Source of the DNA: Zancudomyces culisetae HAW-14-8
Taxonomy: Eukaryota > Fungi > Kickxellomycota
Assembly (NCBI GenBank): GCA_052426225.1
Contig: JBNJNM010000011.1
Coordinates: 1,054,001-1,118,000, forward strand
Reading direction: 5' to 3'
DNA: 64,000 bases
Part shown: positions 1 through 12,069 of the stretch, one piece after another
How positions within the stretch are numbered: the first letter of the stretch is position 1
Layout of the letters: every line of letters starts with the position of its first letter
Program-made: the position numbers and the translations under genes
The notes under the pieces: model-generated
Seen by the model: only the letters and a program-made list of their open reading frames with translations
The model's database searches: none
What the model was told of the DNA's origin: nothing

Positions 1-1292
1 AATGTGTTGATGTTGACGTTTTTAACAAACCTCCCTTCTTCAGATTTTACGGCAATTGTTTCATGAACTACACAAACAAATTCCCTGCCATCTCCCGGAA
101 TGTAGTTGTAACATCCTAGCTTTAGCGCCTGCAACAGTGTAGATTTACCATGATACCCGCCACCGCTGATCAACGTTATTTGCCCTTTTTTTATTCCCAT
201 CCCAACAACAGGATCTTTGCTGTTAATAAGGGGTATTTTAACTTCAAGGCTTGGTGGAGACCTGAACCCCACAGCCTTACCCTTTTCCATAGGCAAGTTG
301 GAGTTTCCTGAGGCACGGGGCAGAATAGCGCCATTTCTAATAAACCCTACCAAACCATACTTGTCTAGCTGGCTCCTACAGTATTCTTGATCTTCAATAC
401 TTTCAACAAACTGTAATACCGTGTCATAATCTAAACTACTATTTAGTATAGATGCTGTGACTAGTTGAGGCAACACACTTGTAAACACTTTGGCAGCTAG
501 CTTTCCATTAACTCTTCTCCCAATCCCAGGCAGCTTGATCTTCATCCTTACTTCCATTGTCTTTTCATCTCTTATAAACACGCTACTATTCTCAATTACT
601 TCTTGCCCTGGAACGTAGATGTTTATATCGCCTCCTTTGGGTGCAAAAAAGCTGTTACTATTACCCTGCATAGGTTCAGACAAGATAGTTTTTGCGGTAT
701 TTCGAACAATGTAGTCTTGAAAAGCTGTTTTTCTAATCTTGTTCTTGTAGAATTGTTTAGGGTACTTTTGAAATTCATACTCTTTGATTATTACCCTGAA
801 TTTACTACTGGGCGCAAATGGATCGCTCTGGATGTGATCAAAAAGTACACTGAATCCACCATTTTCATATAGATATTCCTTGCCTGTAATATATATTACA
901 TGTATTTAAAACTTAATGAGTGGAACCTTGATTCAAGAAAAGAAAAAAAACTCTAAATCGAAACTTTGATCTTATCTTGTTTATCATTTATTTTTGTTAT
1001 ATCTATCAATTAAATTTAGAGTTGTATAGATTACAGCAGTATTACCTTGCAAATTTTTATACATTCCATAGCTATTATTGTCTATATTGTAGAGAAAAGC
1101 TCGCAATTCCTCGCTATTCGAGATTCCATGGTTAGCTCGAGAATCAAATCGCGTTTTTTTATTAAATTCCTCCGCATCAAAGTGGTGTGGGTGAGTCGAT
1201 CTATTTTGATTACTTTCGTCTCTAAATCTACCAGGATGATTTTTATGTGAAAATGGATTTTTCTTGTATTGCGGTCTTCTTGGGTAGTCCAT
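1..1292 (-). CDS. ABC-class ATPase (ABC_ATPase / MRB1590-like family), runs off the window start; exons 1292-1046 and 883-<1
   Basis: GT-AG intron 1045-884 joins ...YKNLQG to KEYLYENGGFSVLFDHIQSDPFAPSS. The downstream frame contains Walker A ITLISGGGYHGKSTLLQAL followed by YNYIPGDGREF, motifs typical of this family. Confidence 0.85.
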
Positions 1293-2918
1293 TTCTTGAT
1301 TAATGACTCTTTTTTTTATAGAATTAGGCGGTTATTCGTGAGCTTGTTTGGGCTAGCTTTGTTCTATTTTTTATTTTTGAGAATAATGTTATGAGAATCT
1401 GCAAATTAGTTTACTTTTTTGTTTATAATACCAAAAACAAAAATGTAAAAAAAACAAACATAATGGCCAAATTATTCAACTAAAAAAATTACCGAGTATT
1501 AAAATCCATGCCATATAAATTACCTTTTGCAAAGTTGTTAAAACAAAATATCATCAGGCTAAAAAACACATAGTACCATTAGACATAAAACAAACACAGA
1601 AGAAGGCATCATATAGACTTAATTCTCTTCAGAGAGAGTACATGTGGGAAAAAGGTGAAGGGAGCGAGGGAGTGGAGCGGCTAGCTACTCCTAATCCTTG
1701 AATTTTTGCAATACAATGAGCTGATCAATTTATTTAAAAATGCGATATAACATATCCCTCTTGATCAAGCCATTGTACGGCCAAAGTAGTGAAACATTTT
1801 ATACTTACATCTTTCACACTCGATGATTTCAAAGTTAACTTTATACATGGAAAAGTAGCCTTTTTGCTCTTAACTGTACTCACCATTCTTTGTAAAATAC
1901 GAGGTATTCTTAGCAAAGGTATTCGGGGCAAATTGACACCTCTCTCCTTTCAAAAGTAAAAACTGCGCTGCTTAGCAGTCCAAAGGCTCGTGAGTACATT
2001 CCGCAAAGTTGTAATGTAATATTATCAGAACTATGTTTTGGTGATTTGTATTCTTAATTGAGAAATTTTCCAAACAACTCAAGTGAATGAAAATTCCGAA
2101 ACTATTTAAAAAATGCTATGTGGGCATTATTATCTACACTTTTACTTAATGAATTTGCTTAGTAGATACCGGATGATATGGGGAAACTCGGTAGTCTGCA
2201 ATAGGACAAGTTGGGTAAGCCGACGATTTTTAAAAAGATCGGCATTTATTTATATTATTATTTTTTCGTTGTAGCAACAATTTCCTACTTGTTACAGTAA
2301 TATAGTATAATTTATAAATCTACACTTTTCAGAGCAAGAAAACTGATCTGCATTACTTTTCAATGAAAGCATAAATACCCGGATCACTGCTGAATACTCG
2401 TATATTAATTATTTTTACATAATCTCAAGGCGATAGTACAAACTTTTTTGAAGTATCAGGTTCGTCACTAAAACATAACACTTTTAAGAAGCTTATTTGA
2501 ACATATAAGATTCGGGAACGGAAAAATGGTGGAATAACTTGATGTGTGGGATATGGTCGGCAGTCAAGTTTTATTGGGAGATGTTCTTTTTTAACTTCAT
2601 CGAGTTACCAATTAAATTTAGACTGCTTTTTTCCGCAACATGGATGGTTCAATTTCATGTAATGGCGTTTTTGCACATTTTTATATATTTTACCAAGTTT
2701 AAGCATCTACTAGTGCTAAAAATATCGGTGTAATAAATAAACTAGTTTTACATAGGCTCAATGCAAATGTGTGTTTAATGCTTTTTCATATTGGCAAATG
2801 ATGACAATAAAAACCATACGGTATAACAGATTAATAATTTGATTCCATACATTGAGGCCACCAGGAAGATTCTGATTAGTATACGAGAATTTAATACACT
2901 AATGTAAAAAAATACAAG

Positions 2919-5900
2919 ATGGATAAGAAAACAACTTATAGAGTTATAGAACAAAAGGATATTCAGATGCAAATGATTGATCTGAAAATAAAGGATGCTA
3001 AGACTCTCTCTCCAAATGTAAATCAATTTGATAAAAAAAAACACGAAAAGATACAAAAGAGCGTAGGGAACACCGAAAATCTTCCTACAGCAAAAAAAAA
3101 ATACCAACTATTGAATTCCAAGACGGGAAAGACAGCGCCTATTTTTACAAATCAAAAACCAAGGTTTAATAGAGATCGAGAGCTTGAAATAGGAGAACCA
3201 TACGACTTTAAAGTTGAGTCTCTGGATCTAGAATCGGCAAATGAGAGAGTTGCGCCAATTAGTACAACCCTTACCCCAATAGAAAACGGGAAGAGAAGCA
3301 AAGATACGAAAAAATATGGATTTACAGATTTTATGACAGAAAATGCGGAGGAGAGGGGTGGAGGAAAAGCTGCTAAACAAGTATTGAACATTGGTAGCCC
3401 TTACTCAATACGACACGATCTACATATAGAAGTGGATCAAATTGAGCAGATATTATCCGTAAGTACGAGTATTTTTAAACTTTTGTATATTTTATGTGAT
3501 TTGGGGGCATAAATTGAATTTATACCATTCCAGAGATTTATAATATAGTAGAAAAATAAAAATTAAACTAAACACATAGTTCTATACATGTTATATAGGC
3601 ACTACCAAATGAATATTGGAACTATGTAGGAAAAACCAAAAATAAATCAACTGATGATGATGTTAAAGATGAGAATTTAAATGTAGACGGGAGGTTTTTG
3701 GTAAATGATAAGATTTTGCAGAAAAAGAATTATACACTAGAAGATATCAAATCCCTACGAGGTTTACCAACGAGCAATGAAATAAACGAAGACAGTTTTG
3801 GCGAAAGGGATGGAAATAAGGGAATAAAAGATGCGGCTAATTTTCAGAACCAGGTGGAGGCTCAGTGGAGATCGTCTATTTATGGTAGAAGTGTTGATGA
3901 CAAAAAGTATAAAACATCTGATTTAGAGATGCGTGGGACAAGGCCTTTCGAAGAGCCAGATGATGAAAATAATCATGCTTATCAGGCAGAGGTACTGTAC
4001 GAAGGAAATAAAGTATATATAACAGGTAACAGTTATGAGGAGCTCGCTACAAAACTCGGTGCATTCAATTCAGGCTATTTGAAGGATAAGATGGGTGATC
4101 AAATGGCGAACAGTGGAAAAAGTGACAACGAAGAAAGGTGTATAGAACACGGGAAGCAGTTTCTCGGGAAGGATCAAGATAACGATTATAGCTTAATGAA
4201 TAATATACATAGTCTGAAGCGTATTCCAGTTGGTATAACGGAAAAGAAAAATAGACATATGAGTATATTAAACAACGAAATTATAGAATCCCGCGGTTTT
4301 AAAAGGTCGATTAGCGCAAGAGGCATTAAACAGCTTGATATAGAAACAGCAATATCTTCTGCACTAAACGATCCTTCTCCTAACTCAGCCCAAGAATACT
4401 TTCAAAGGGCTACACCTACAGAATCGAAAAAAGAAATGGGAGCTGAAAAGAACAGCAGTGATGAACAGATAGTATACAGCCACAACCATGCAGCGGGAAT
4501 GTCACCTATAGATAATACTCCGGAGAGCGCGCATATACATTTTACTGTTGACATACGACAAAGGAAAAATACTGCAAGCAGGCTCAATCTAAATTTGAAG
4601 GAGAGCGATAAACCAGCTGAGGTATCCATAACTCCGGATGAAGGTTATTCTTGGCCAGAAAACGGTAGTTCTAAAAAAGTAGATATGTACGAAGACCAAG
4701 TGGCAGCATTTAGTACTTCAAACGAAGATGTAGTTTGTTTGGATGGCGTTGATATGGGAGAGTCTTACCAAGAAAAACATCTATACCCGGTGATTAGTAC
4801 TCAGCTACAGTTGGATCAGTCACAGTATAAGAACATGGTGGTGTTCGCCGAAGGAGAGTCTGGTGATGTTTACTGTGCGGAGGACAAGAAGACAGGGGGG
4901 AGAGTCGCTATAAAAGTGATACCATACTCATCGAAAAATCGTATAAGGGGGATTAATAATGAAATTGAAATCTTACAGGAATCAACCAGTTTCAACACTG
5001 TCTATTTTCTGGGATGCTTAGAAAAAAAAGGGTGTGTTTGGTTGGTTAACGAGTATATGGACTTGGGTTCGCTTGCAGATGTTTTTGAAAGATATCCGCA
5101 GAGTACATTACCTCCTCCAGTGGCCGCATATTGCTTAAATTCGCTTTTTTTAGCATTGAACCATCTTCACTCTTGCTCAATTCTTCATATGGATATTTGC
5201 AGCGATAATATATTATTTAATAGCAAAGGTGAGGTTAAGCTTGCTGATTTTGCTTCCGCTAAAAGATGTTCAAAGAATGAAACGGTGTTGAGAAAAGAAA
5301 TTTCTTCTCTTTATTGGGCTGCCCCCGAAGTTTTGAGGGGGTCTGGATACTCACAAAAATCTGAAATCTGGGCTGCTGGTGTGGTTGGGTACGAAATATT
5401 AACTGGTACACCGCCCTATATCGAATACCCTGAATTAAAGGCAAAATCTTTATTAACATCTTTTGGCTTGACACCCGCCTTGAAGGCTTTTGTATCTAGT
5501 CGTGTTGCACCACCTGTTTCAGATCCATGTTTTTCACGAGGTCAGAAAACTGTAGATGGGTTAATTAAAGAGCCACATCTTAACGTGACTGAAAATTCTC
5601 ATACGAGAGATAAATCTTTACTGAGCCAGGTAGTTTCGGAGAACAAGGAACTCATGTTTGCTGGTAACAAACCCAGATTACCGATAAGTTCAATTGGTTT
5701 TTTGTCGGAAAATGCATCCCATACAACCACCTTTGAATCTGTATCATTAACTTCGCCATTTTGTCTTGACGGATCCACATACTTCTACAATCAGATCAAA
5801 TCGCCTACCTTGCTCGACTTTGTTGTCGATGTTTGTATATATAACGAAAATAATAGGCTCTCAGTTTCGCATATTTTGGGGGTAAGTTGGCTTTTTACTG

Positions 5901-6074
5901 CTATTATTACTATTACTACGAGCATTCAACTCGTCATTGCCATTTTTTCTTTGATATATTTAAGTGATTGTAAAATGTTTGAGTCTTAAAAATATGTTCA
6001 ATATATTGTAGCATCCATTCTTGCGGCTTTCATGTACTCCCTCGACTTTTGTAAATCATATTACTACTGCATAG
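2919..6074 (+). CDS. PAK/STE20-family kinase-like protein with CRIB domain; exons 2919-3458, 3599-5881, 6012-6074
   Basis: CRIB-like IGSPYSIRHDLHI...(S|ALPNEYW) spans intron 3459-3598. Kinase domain has EGESGDVY, VAIK, EYMDLGSL, YWAAPE. The last exon starts with HPFL. Several catalytic motifs are degenerate. Confidence 0.85.
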
Positions 6075-6597
6075 CGTATGCTGGCAAGTGATAAAACTCA
6101 TGCTACTTAGAATACAGGTGAAGGGTATTTCTCCTCTCCAACTTTTTTTCTTTTTTTCTTTTACAAAATGGTTTTTGTATATGCACTTTTTGCTTAAACC
6201 GACTTGTTTTATGTGGAGTTTAGTTTAAATATTGGTTTTTTTTGAACAATAATAGCTGTACCCACACATATCATATGTATATGGGGTTTTAACAGCAGCT
6301 TTGCTGTACTTTGTATTTCTGTATATAAACCATGGTATTTTGAAAATACTATAAACTATCTTTTGTTACTTTTTTTTTGGCTTGGTTTAGCATACCCAAT
6401 AAAAACACAGCAACTATTTTGTAGCCCTTGTCCAATTATTTATCAATAAAAAGTTTTTGAGTCAAAGATTTGACAGATTCAGAAAAAAAAAATGGATACC
6501 GTTTTTTTCAAAAAAACATTTAATGAAATTCGAGATTTCATCTTTTTTAGCTAGAATAATCGTGCTTACGGTATTGTGAATAACTAGAGTATTAAAA

Positions 6598-7628
6598 ATG
6601 AAGAGATCAACAGGTAAGTATAGTCTAATTGATTGTTATATGTATTCAAGATGCCTAGCCGAAGCTGTCTAAAGCTTGGTATTTGGTTTTTTGTTCAAAA
6701 AAGAATGGTTGAGTTGGTGTGTGCATCCGAAATACATCCCTGAAGTTGCGAATCCGAGAATTTTGACTTTGAATCCAGAATAGCGAACTACAGACATATA
6801 GAGTTTGGGGATGTTTTTATATTTTTGAAAGGATAAACCAGCTGATCAAATCGTATTTTAGACCGGTTGAGTTAAATGTTGTCTTGCTTCATTCGAGCTA
6901 TATCTGGATCAAAGTTTATTTTTGTCGGGAGAGTTGCATGGGATTATTTAGGGTGTTATCCATGTGTCTTGTGGCTAAACAACTAGTTTGTTTTTTTTGC
7001 AAGGATCGAAGGGTTTTTTGTTTTTACAAAACTCGACGAGAAATCAAAACACATAGAGTCCGGTCTCCGATACCCGGAATTCTATGCCAGCTAATATATT
7101 GCTGAACGATTCTTTTCACTTGGATAAAGCCAGGAGCTCTGAGAACATAAAGCACATCGTGTTGGGGAATATATGTTTGTGACCTTAGGTAAATTGTACT
7201 AATTTTGTTTTTCTATAACTTTGTACTTTTTTATATGAAAAATTAAAGACGTTTCATCCTCAAGACGCAAGTCGCGCAGAGCTCACTTCACAGCTCCATC
7301 CCACTTGCGCAGAAAGATCATGTCATCTACTCTCTCCAAGGACTTGCGCGCCAAGTACAACGTACGTTCAGTTCCAGTAGTTAAGGGTGATGAGGTCATC
7401 GTTACCAGAGGAACATACAAGGGCCGTGAGGGTAAAGTAGTCAACGTATATAGAAAGAAGTGGGTTATTCACATTGAACGTTTGGTACGTGAGAAGATCA
7501 ACGGAACCTCAGCTCAAATTGGCATCCACCCATCAAACGTTGCCATCACCAACTTGAAGCTCAACAAGGATCGTGAGGATTTGCTCAAGCGCAAGGCTGC
7601 TGGTCGCGAGGCTGCCAAGGCTCAATAA
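6598..7628 (+). CDS. RPL26: 60S ribosomal protein L26 (uL24); exons 6598-6613 and 7249-7628
   Basis: Spliced product reads [32 protein letters not shown]...[13 protein letters not shown]...IGIHPSNV. The 635-nt intron starts GTAAGT and has a TACTAAT branch site near 7197. Confidence 0.97.
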
Positions 7629-8311
7629 GCTTGGTTTATATTGTATAACTTTTACTTTGGTTTTATACATTTTTATATATATTTCTTCTATTTTAATGAA
7701 TAAAGGAGTGTATATTGGATCATAAACTTTGTTGAATACTAACTCGATTTGTTCGGCTTAGAGACTGCCAGTGCTGCTCTCTAAGGATTGAATAAGTACT
7801 GCAAATATGTAGCCATTTTTGTCAGCAGAGAGGAGGGCGATGCAGCTAACTCTTTGGCATGAGGCTGACGAACTAGTGCGTAAAAAACTGAAGGAAACTT
7901 GACCAGATGGATATTTATTACCTTTTCGTCGCCATGCTTGAGGTGTTTATTTTTTTCTATGCTTAGTTTTTGCATCTTTGAAAAAAAAAGGCCAAGATGT
8001 GCCCAGAATTGTCATGTAATTGTTTTTACAGATATAATCAACAGAAAAAAAAACAAGCAAATATTTGCGTTTGGGCTTCCAATGGTAGAGAAAAACAACT
8101 CCCCCTCCCCCAACATAACATCCCTTCAATGTCTCTCGGTATTTTAAAACACATCAAATTACCCGAAAAGCCTGTGTTTTTATCTTTATTTTTATTTTAT
8201 TTTTGGTTTCATTTGCGACTTGCTTATTTTCTGCTCATTTCTTAATTCATAATCTCCTTTAAACCATCAGCTCTATACATTCCACTTAATTCCAGCCCTG
8301 CATTTTTAATA

Positions 8312-10083
8312 ATGAATTTGGCCATCCATAGACACGCGCTCAAAACAAGAATGAAGGCTCTAGAGAAATCCAAGGTTCTACCCTTAGTTATGTTTGCAAT
8401 TTTGTTGCTAGGCCATCAATTTCTGTATTACCCAAACATACTCATCCCAATGTTTAAGAGCAATAAAAAAAAAGGTATTTCATCTTTATATATCTACTTC
8501 AGTATGTTTTTCATATATATATCTGTTATGTAGACTGCTAAAATTTGTATATTATCCCATTAGCTATAATCGTAGTCATACTTTACTACATTCCACAAGT
8601 AATGATGCTCTGGGCTTTTTTTGTTTGCTTTATTAAAGGTCCTGGTTACCCTACGAAGACCATTGAGGTATTTTATTGATTTTTTTTATTACATTTGTGG
8701 GCTTAGTCTAATTCTATTGTTTCACAAAATAAAATAAAAATTATTATCTTTGCATAGATAGGTCCAAATACTATCATAAAGGAGCTCGAACGAGGAAAAT
8801 CATTCGAGTCAAACTCTTTGTTAGGGGAGGTGAGCGATGTCCCACTTGCACATCTAAACACAGCAGCCAGAAGTAGAACCAATAGCCCCCACAAAGACAG
8901 GGAGAGTGATCTATTTGTAGAAGAATCAAGTGCTAGGCTTATGCAACATAACAACGCACAATCTTCTGTGATACTCTGTGGAACATGCAACACAGTTAAA
9001 CATGAAAGGACGCATCACTGCAGCAAATGTAATAGGTAGGGCCTCCTTTTATTCCCCACGTCTCCTTTTTATATGCTTGAAAACTTAAACAATACTAATA
9101 TAACCACACTTTCACTATTTATGTACTTAGATGCGTCTTGAGAATGGATCAGTAAGCTACACAATTAATATTTTACTCGACACTTTAGACCTTACTATAT
9201 TGTTGCTAATTATACTGATTTTTTTATCAAAAAAAATACTAGTCACTGCCCTTGGTAAGAAATCTACGTGTTGGATAGTCTTGATGTATTTTAACTATTC
9301 TCTCTTGGTTTAGCAGAATCATTTCTTTTTTTAACCATTTAACCATTTAATCACTATCTATTTGGCCGACGAATGTTATACCAATACTGTGTTCAATAAT
9401 CATTAGGATAGGTAATTGCGTTGGATTTAGAAATCAAAAGGCCTTTATAGTGTTTATACTCTGGGCCGCGCTCATCCCGTTTGTAATCCTTATCACTGTG
9501 GTAGATAAGTTTGTGGAAATTTACAGCCACCCAACAGTAAGTATCTATCTCAGTAACCAAGTGGGTATAAAGTCAAAAATCATGTAACTGCTTGATTAGC
9601 TTATTTTTTTTAAAAAAATAAAAATACAAATATACTCTTGTAGAAAGTTGTCGACTATAGCCTTCCAATTCTTATTTTTGGGCTAGTGGCTTCGCTGAAC
9701 TTTACTCTGACCTTGTTGGGGTTCGCTGGATATAACATCTATCTTGTTTTATGCAATCTAACAACTTTGGAGTCCATGAATGTGAGCTTGACTCCTCGTT
9801 GCTGCAAACGTAAAGACTCGTTTATATCCTCTGATAAAATAAATATTTACGACATTGGTTACAGGTATGTTGAACTGGAGTTGTTTTATAAGAATAGTAT
9901 GTACTTACCTTTAACTTTGAAGTAGAATAACCAAAATGTCTTGTAAATTCATATTAACTTAGAAAAAACTTTCTTGAGATTTTTGGCGATAACTGGGTAC
10001 ACTGGCTCCTACCCACATTCACATCAAAAGGAGACGGGACCGAATTTCCCAAACTCACCCGAATTCAAGAACCATACGCTTGA
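8312..10083 (+). CDS. DHHC palmitoyltransferase (Pfa3-like); exons 8312-8474, 8564-8667, 8758-9035, 9131-9151, 9243-9254, 9407-9536, 9644-9864, 9963-10083
   Basis: Splicing at canonical GT-AG sites gives [44 protein letters not shown], then the NLTTLE (TTxE) motif and C-terminal NFLEIFG..WLLP..KGDGTEFP. Confidence 0.93.
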
Positions 10084-12024
10084 TCAAACACTGATACGTA
10101 TTTTTTCAGCCCTAAAAGAGCGTGCACTTCGAATCCAATAAGATTGACGTGAGCATCGTGTAGAGGTAAAACTCGAACAGCAAACCTTTTCATGCTGCTA
10201 CGAGCGACACTAAACGTTTGATTTCGAACACTATGTGATATTTCAATTACTGGTTTTTTGCGGAGATCTTTTGATAGAGCCTGTTAACTCTTCTAGGTTT
10301 AAGCATATTTTATTCAGTTATCAATATTTTTCTATTTTGTACTACTATTTATGTGTAATGAGAACTTTTTATCCTCAACGAACATGCAAACAAATATCAC
10401 CCAAATTGGACAGGAAATCTACGAAGTATGGACCTGGCTGATCGGTTATATCTTTGTAAAACCCACATACCACCCGAATACCAGTTCAATGTGAAAGGTG
10501 GGAGTTAGTTGAAAAGCACAAATGATCAGTAAAACTCAGAGGGTTTGATCAATTGAAGTTGTCTGGGGTGCATATCAAGCACACAGTTACGATTAGTAGT
10601 ATATCGAGCTTCAAGCTTATTTATAGTTTATGTGGTTTTGTAACAAATTAACAATCTACCTAAAAAAAGATGTAGTGAAGTATTGTGGAGTTAGTTGTGT
10701 TTGTGACTCGATTTAGTATGAAGTTTATCACTTTTTTTTGGTTAAACTTTTGTGATAACCCCGTTTTCTATAAAATAATAGTAAAACGAGTTAATATAGC
10801 ACATTTCTTTTAATTTTGAGTATTGAGATATTACTAGTCGTATTATACCTTGGAGGTGAGTATTTAGAGACTGGAGTAGAAGATAAATGCTCTATTCGGT
10901 ATTTGGTTAACCTCTTGGTTTACACTTTTACTGTTGGATGAAATAATAAAGTGTGTTGAAAAATGGAAAACCAGATACTAGTACACTTTAAAGTTGCTTT
11001 ACTTCAATTACACAAAACTATAGTATCAAAGTTACCTTCACCTCCTTGAATGCTAAAACACAAAAAACAATATGACAAGGAATTAAAACAGAGTTAATAC
11101 TTACATTGTTAGTTGGTGATGATATTGTTATTACACAGTTAATGGTGAGGTGATATTAAACAGTTAATCAGTGTTGTAGCTTAGTATGCTGATACTTGAG
11201 GCTATACAATTTTTAGTTTGTGTATTTCATGGTTTAACAAACACATTGAATAGACCCAGACATTCAATGTTTATTTACTCCAGTTGGCTTCAGTTTGTGT
11301 GTTCATGTATGCTATTGTAAACCCCATTCTAATTTCTTGTTCCAGCTTAGTAACATCCGAGTCATTTACTCATTATTGAAAATGTTAATACTAGCTTTGA
11401 ATATGTAAATATTCATATCGAGCTACCTTGTGTATGTGTGTCAGTTGGTTATTATTCTTCAAGTTCAAAAAGGTGATAAGTGCTGTTTTTATGACTGTGT
11501 TTGTTAATACATGCATACTTGTTTACCTATTCACACCACAAACTAATAAGAATGGTTTATCACGTCAAACATCATGTTTATTAATAGATAGCTATACAAA
11601 CCATAGCGGTTCTTTTTGCTTACTTTTGTATGCGCTATTGTGTATTTTGTTTTGGGAAAATGGTTACGAATTCCAAACAGCTACCTATACAATATATCTA
11701 TAAATGCAGTATTAAAGATACTGTTGCAATATTAATACCCAACGCAAGTGTTATAGCGTGAAGTGTGGTGTTTGGCGATGAGGGTTGAATAAAAGCATAA
11801 ATAGCTAGAAACTCTTGAATGAACTCGTAAATATTACATTGTATTGAGTACAAGGATTGTATGGTGAATTAAAGCATACATCGTATATTAACCAGTTTGT
11901 AATAGAATAAAGAGAGCATATACTGCACTATTGTTTTTGGGATATACGAAGCAGAGAGACGCTCGTCTAGATAAAAAAAAAGTAAAAGTAACTTGAAAGA
12001 AGATGCCACATAAACATCGAAAGC

Positions 12025-12069
12025 TATATAAGGTGTGAAGAGTGTGAAAAGTGTGAAGAGTGTAACATA
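12025..12069 (+). promoter_or_regulatory. TATA box followed by ~3.5 copies of GTGTGAARA immediately before the ATG
   Basis: TATATAA at 12025-12031, then gtgtgaaga gtgtgaaaa gtgtgaaga gtgtaac. The same arrangement is present in copy B (46562-46606, - strand). Confidence 0.55.
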
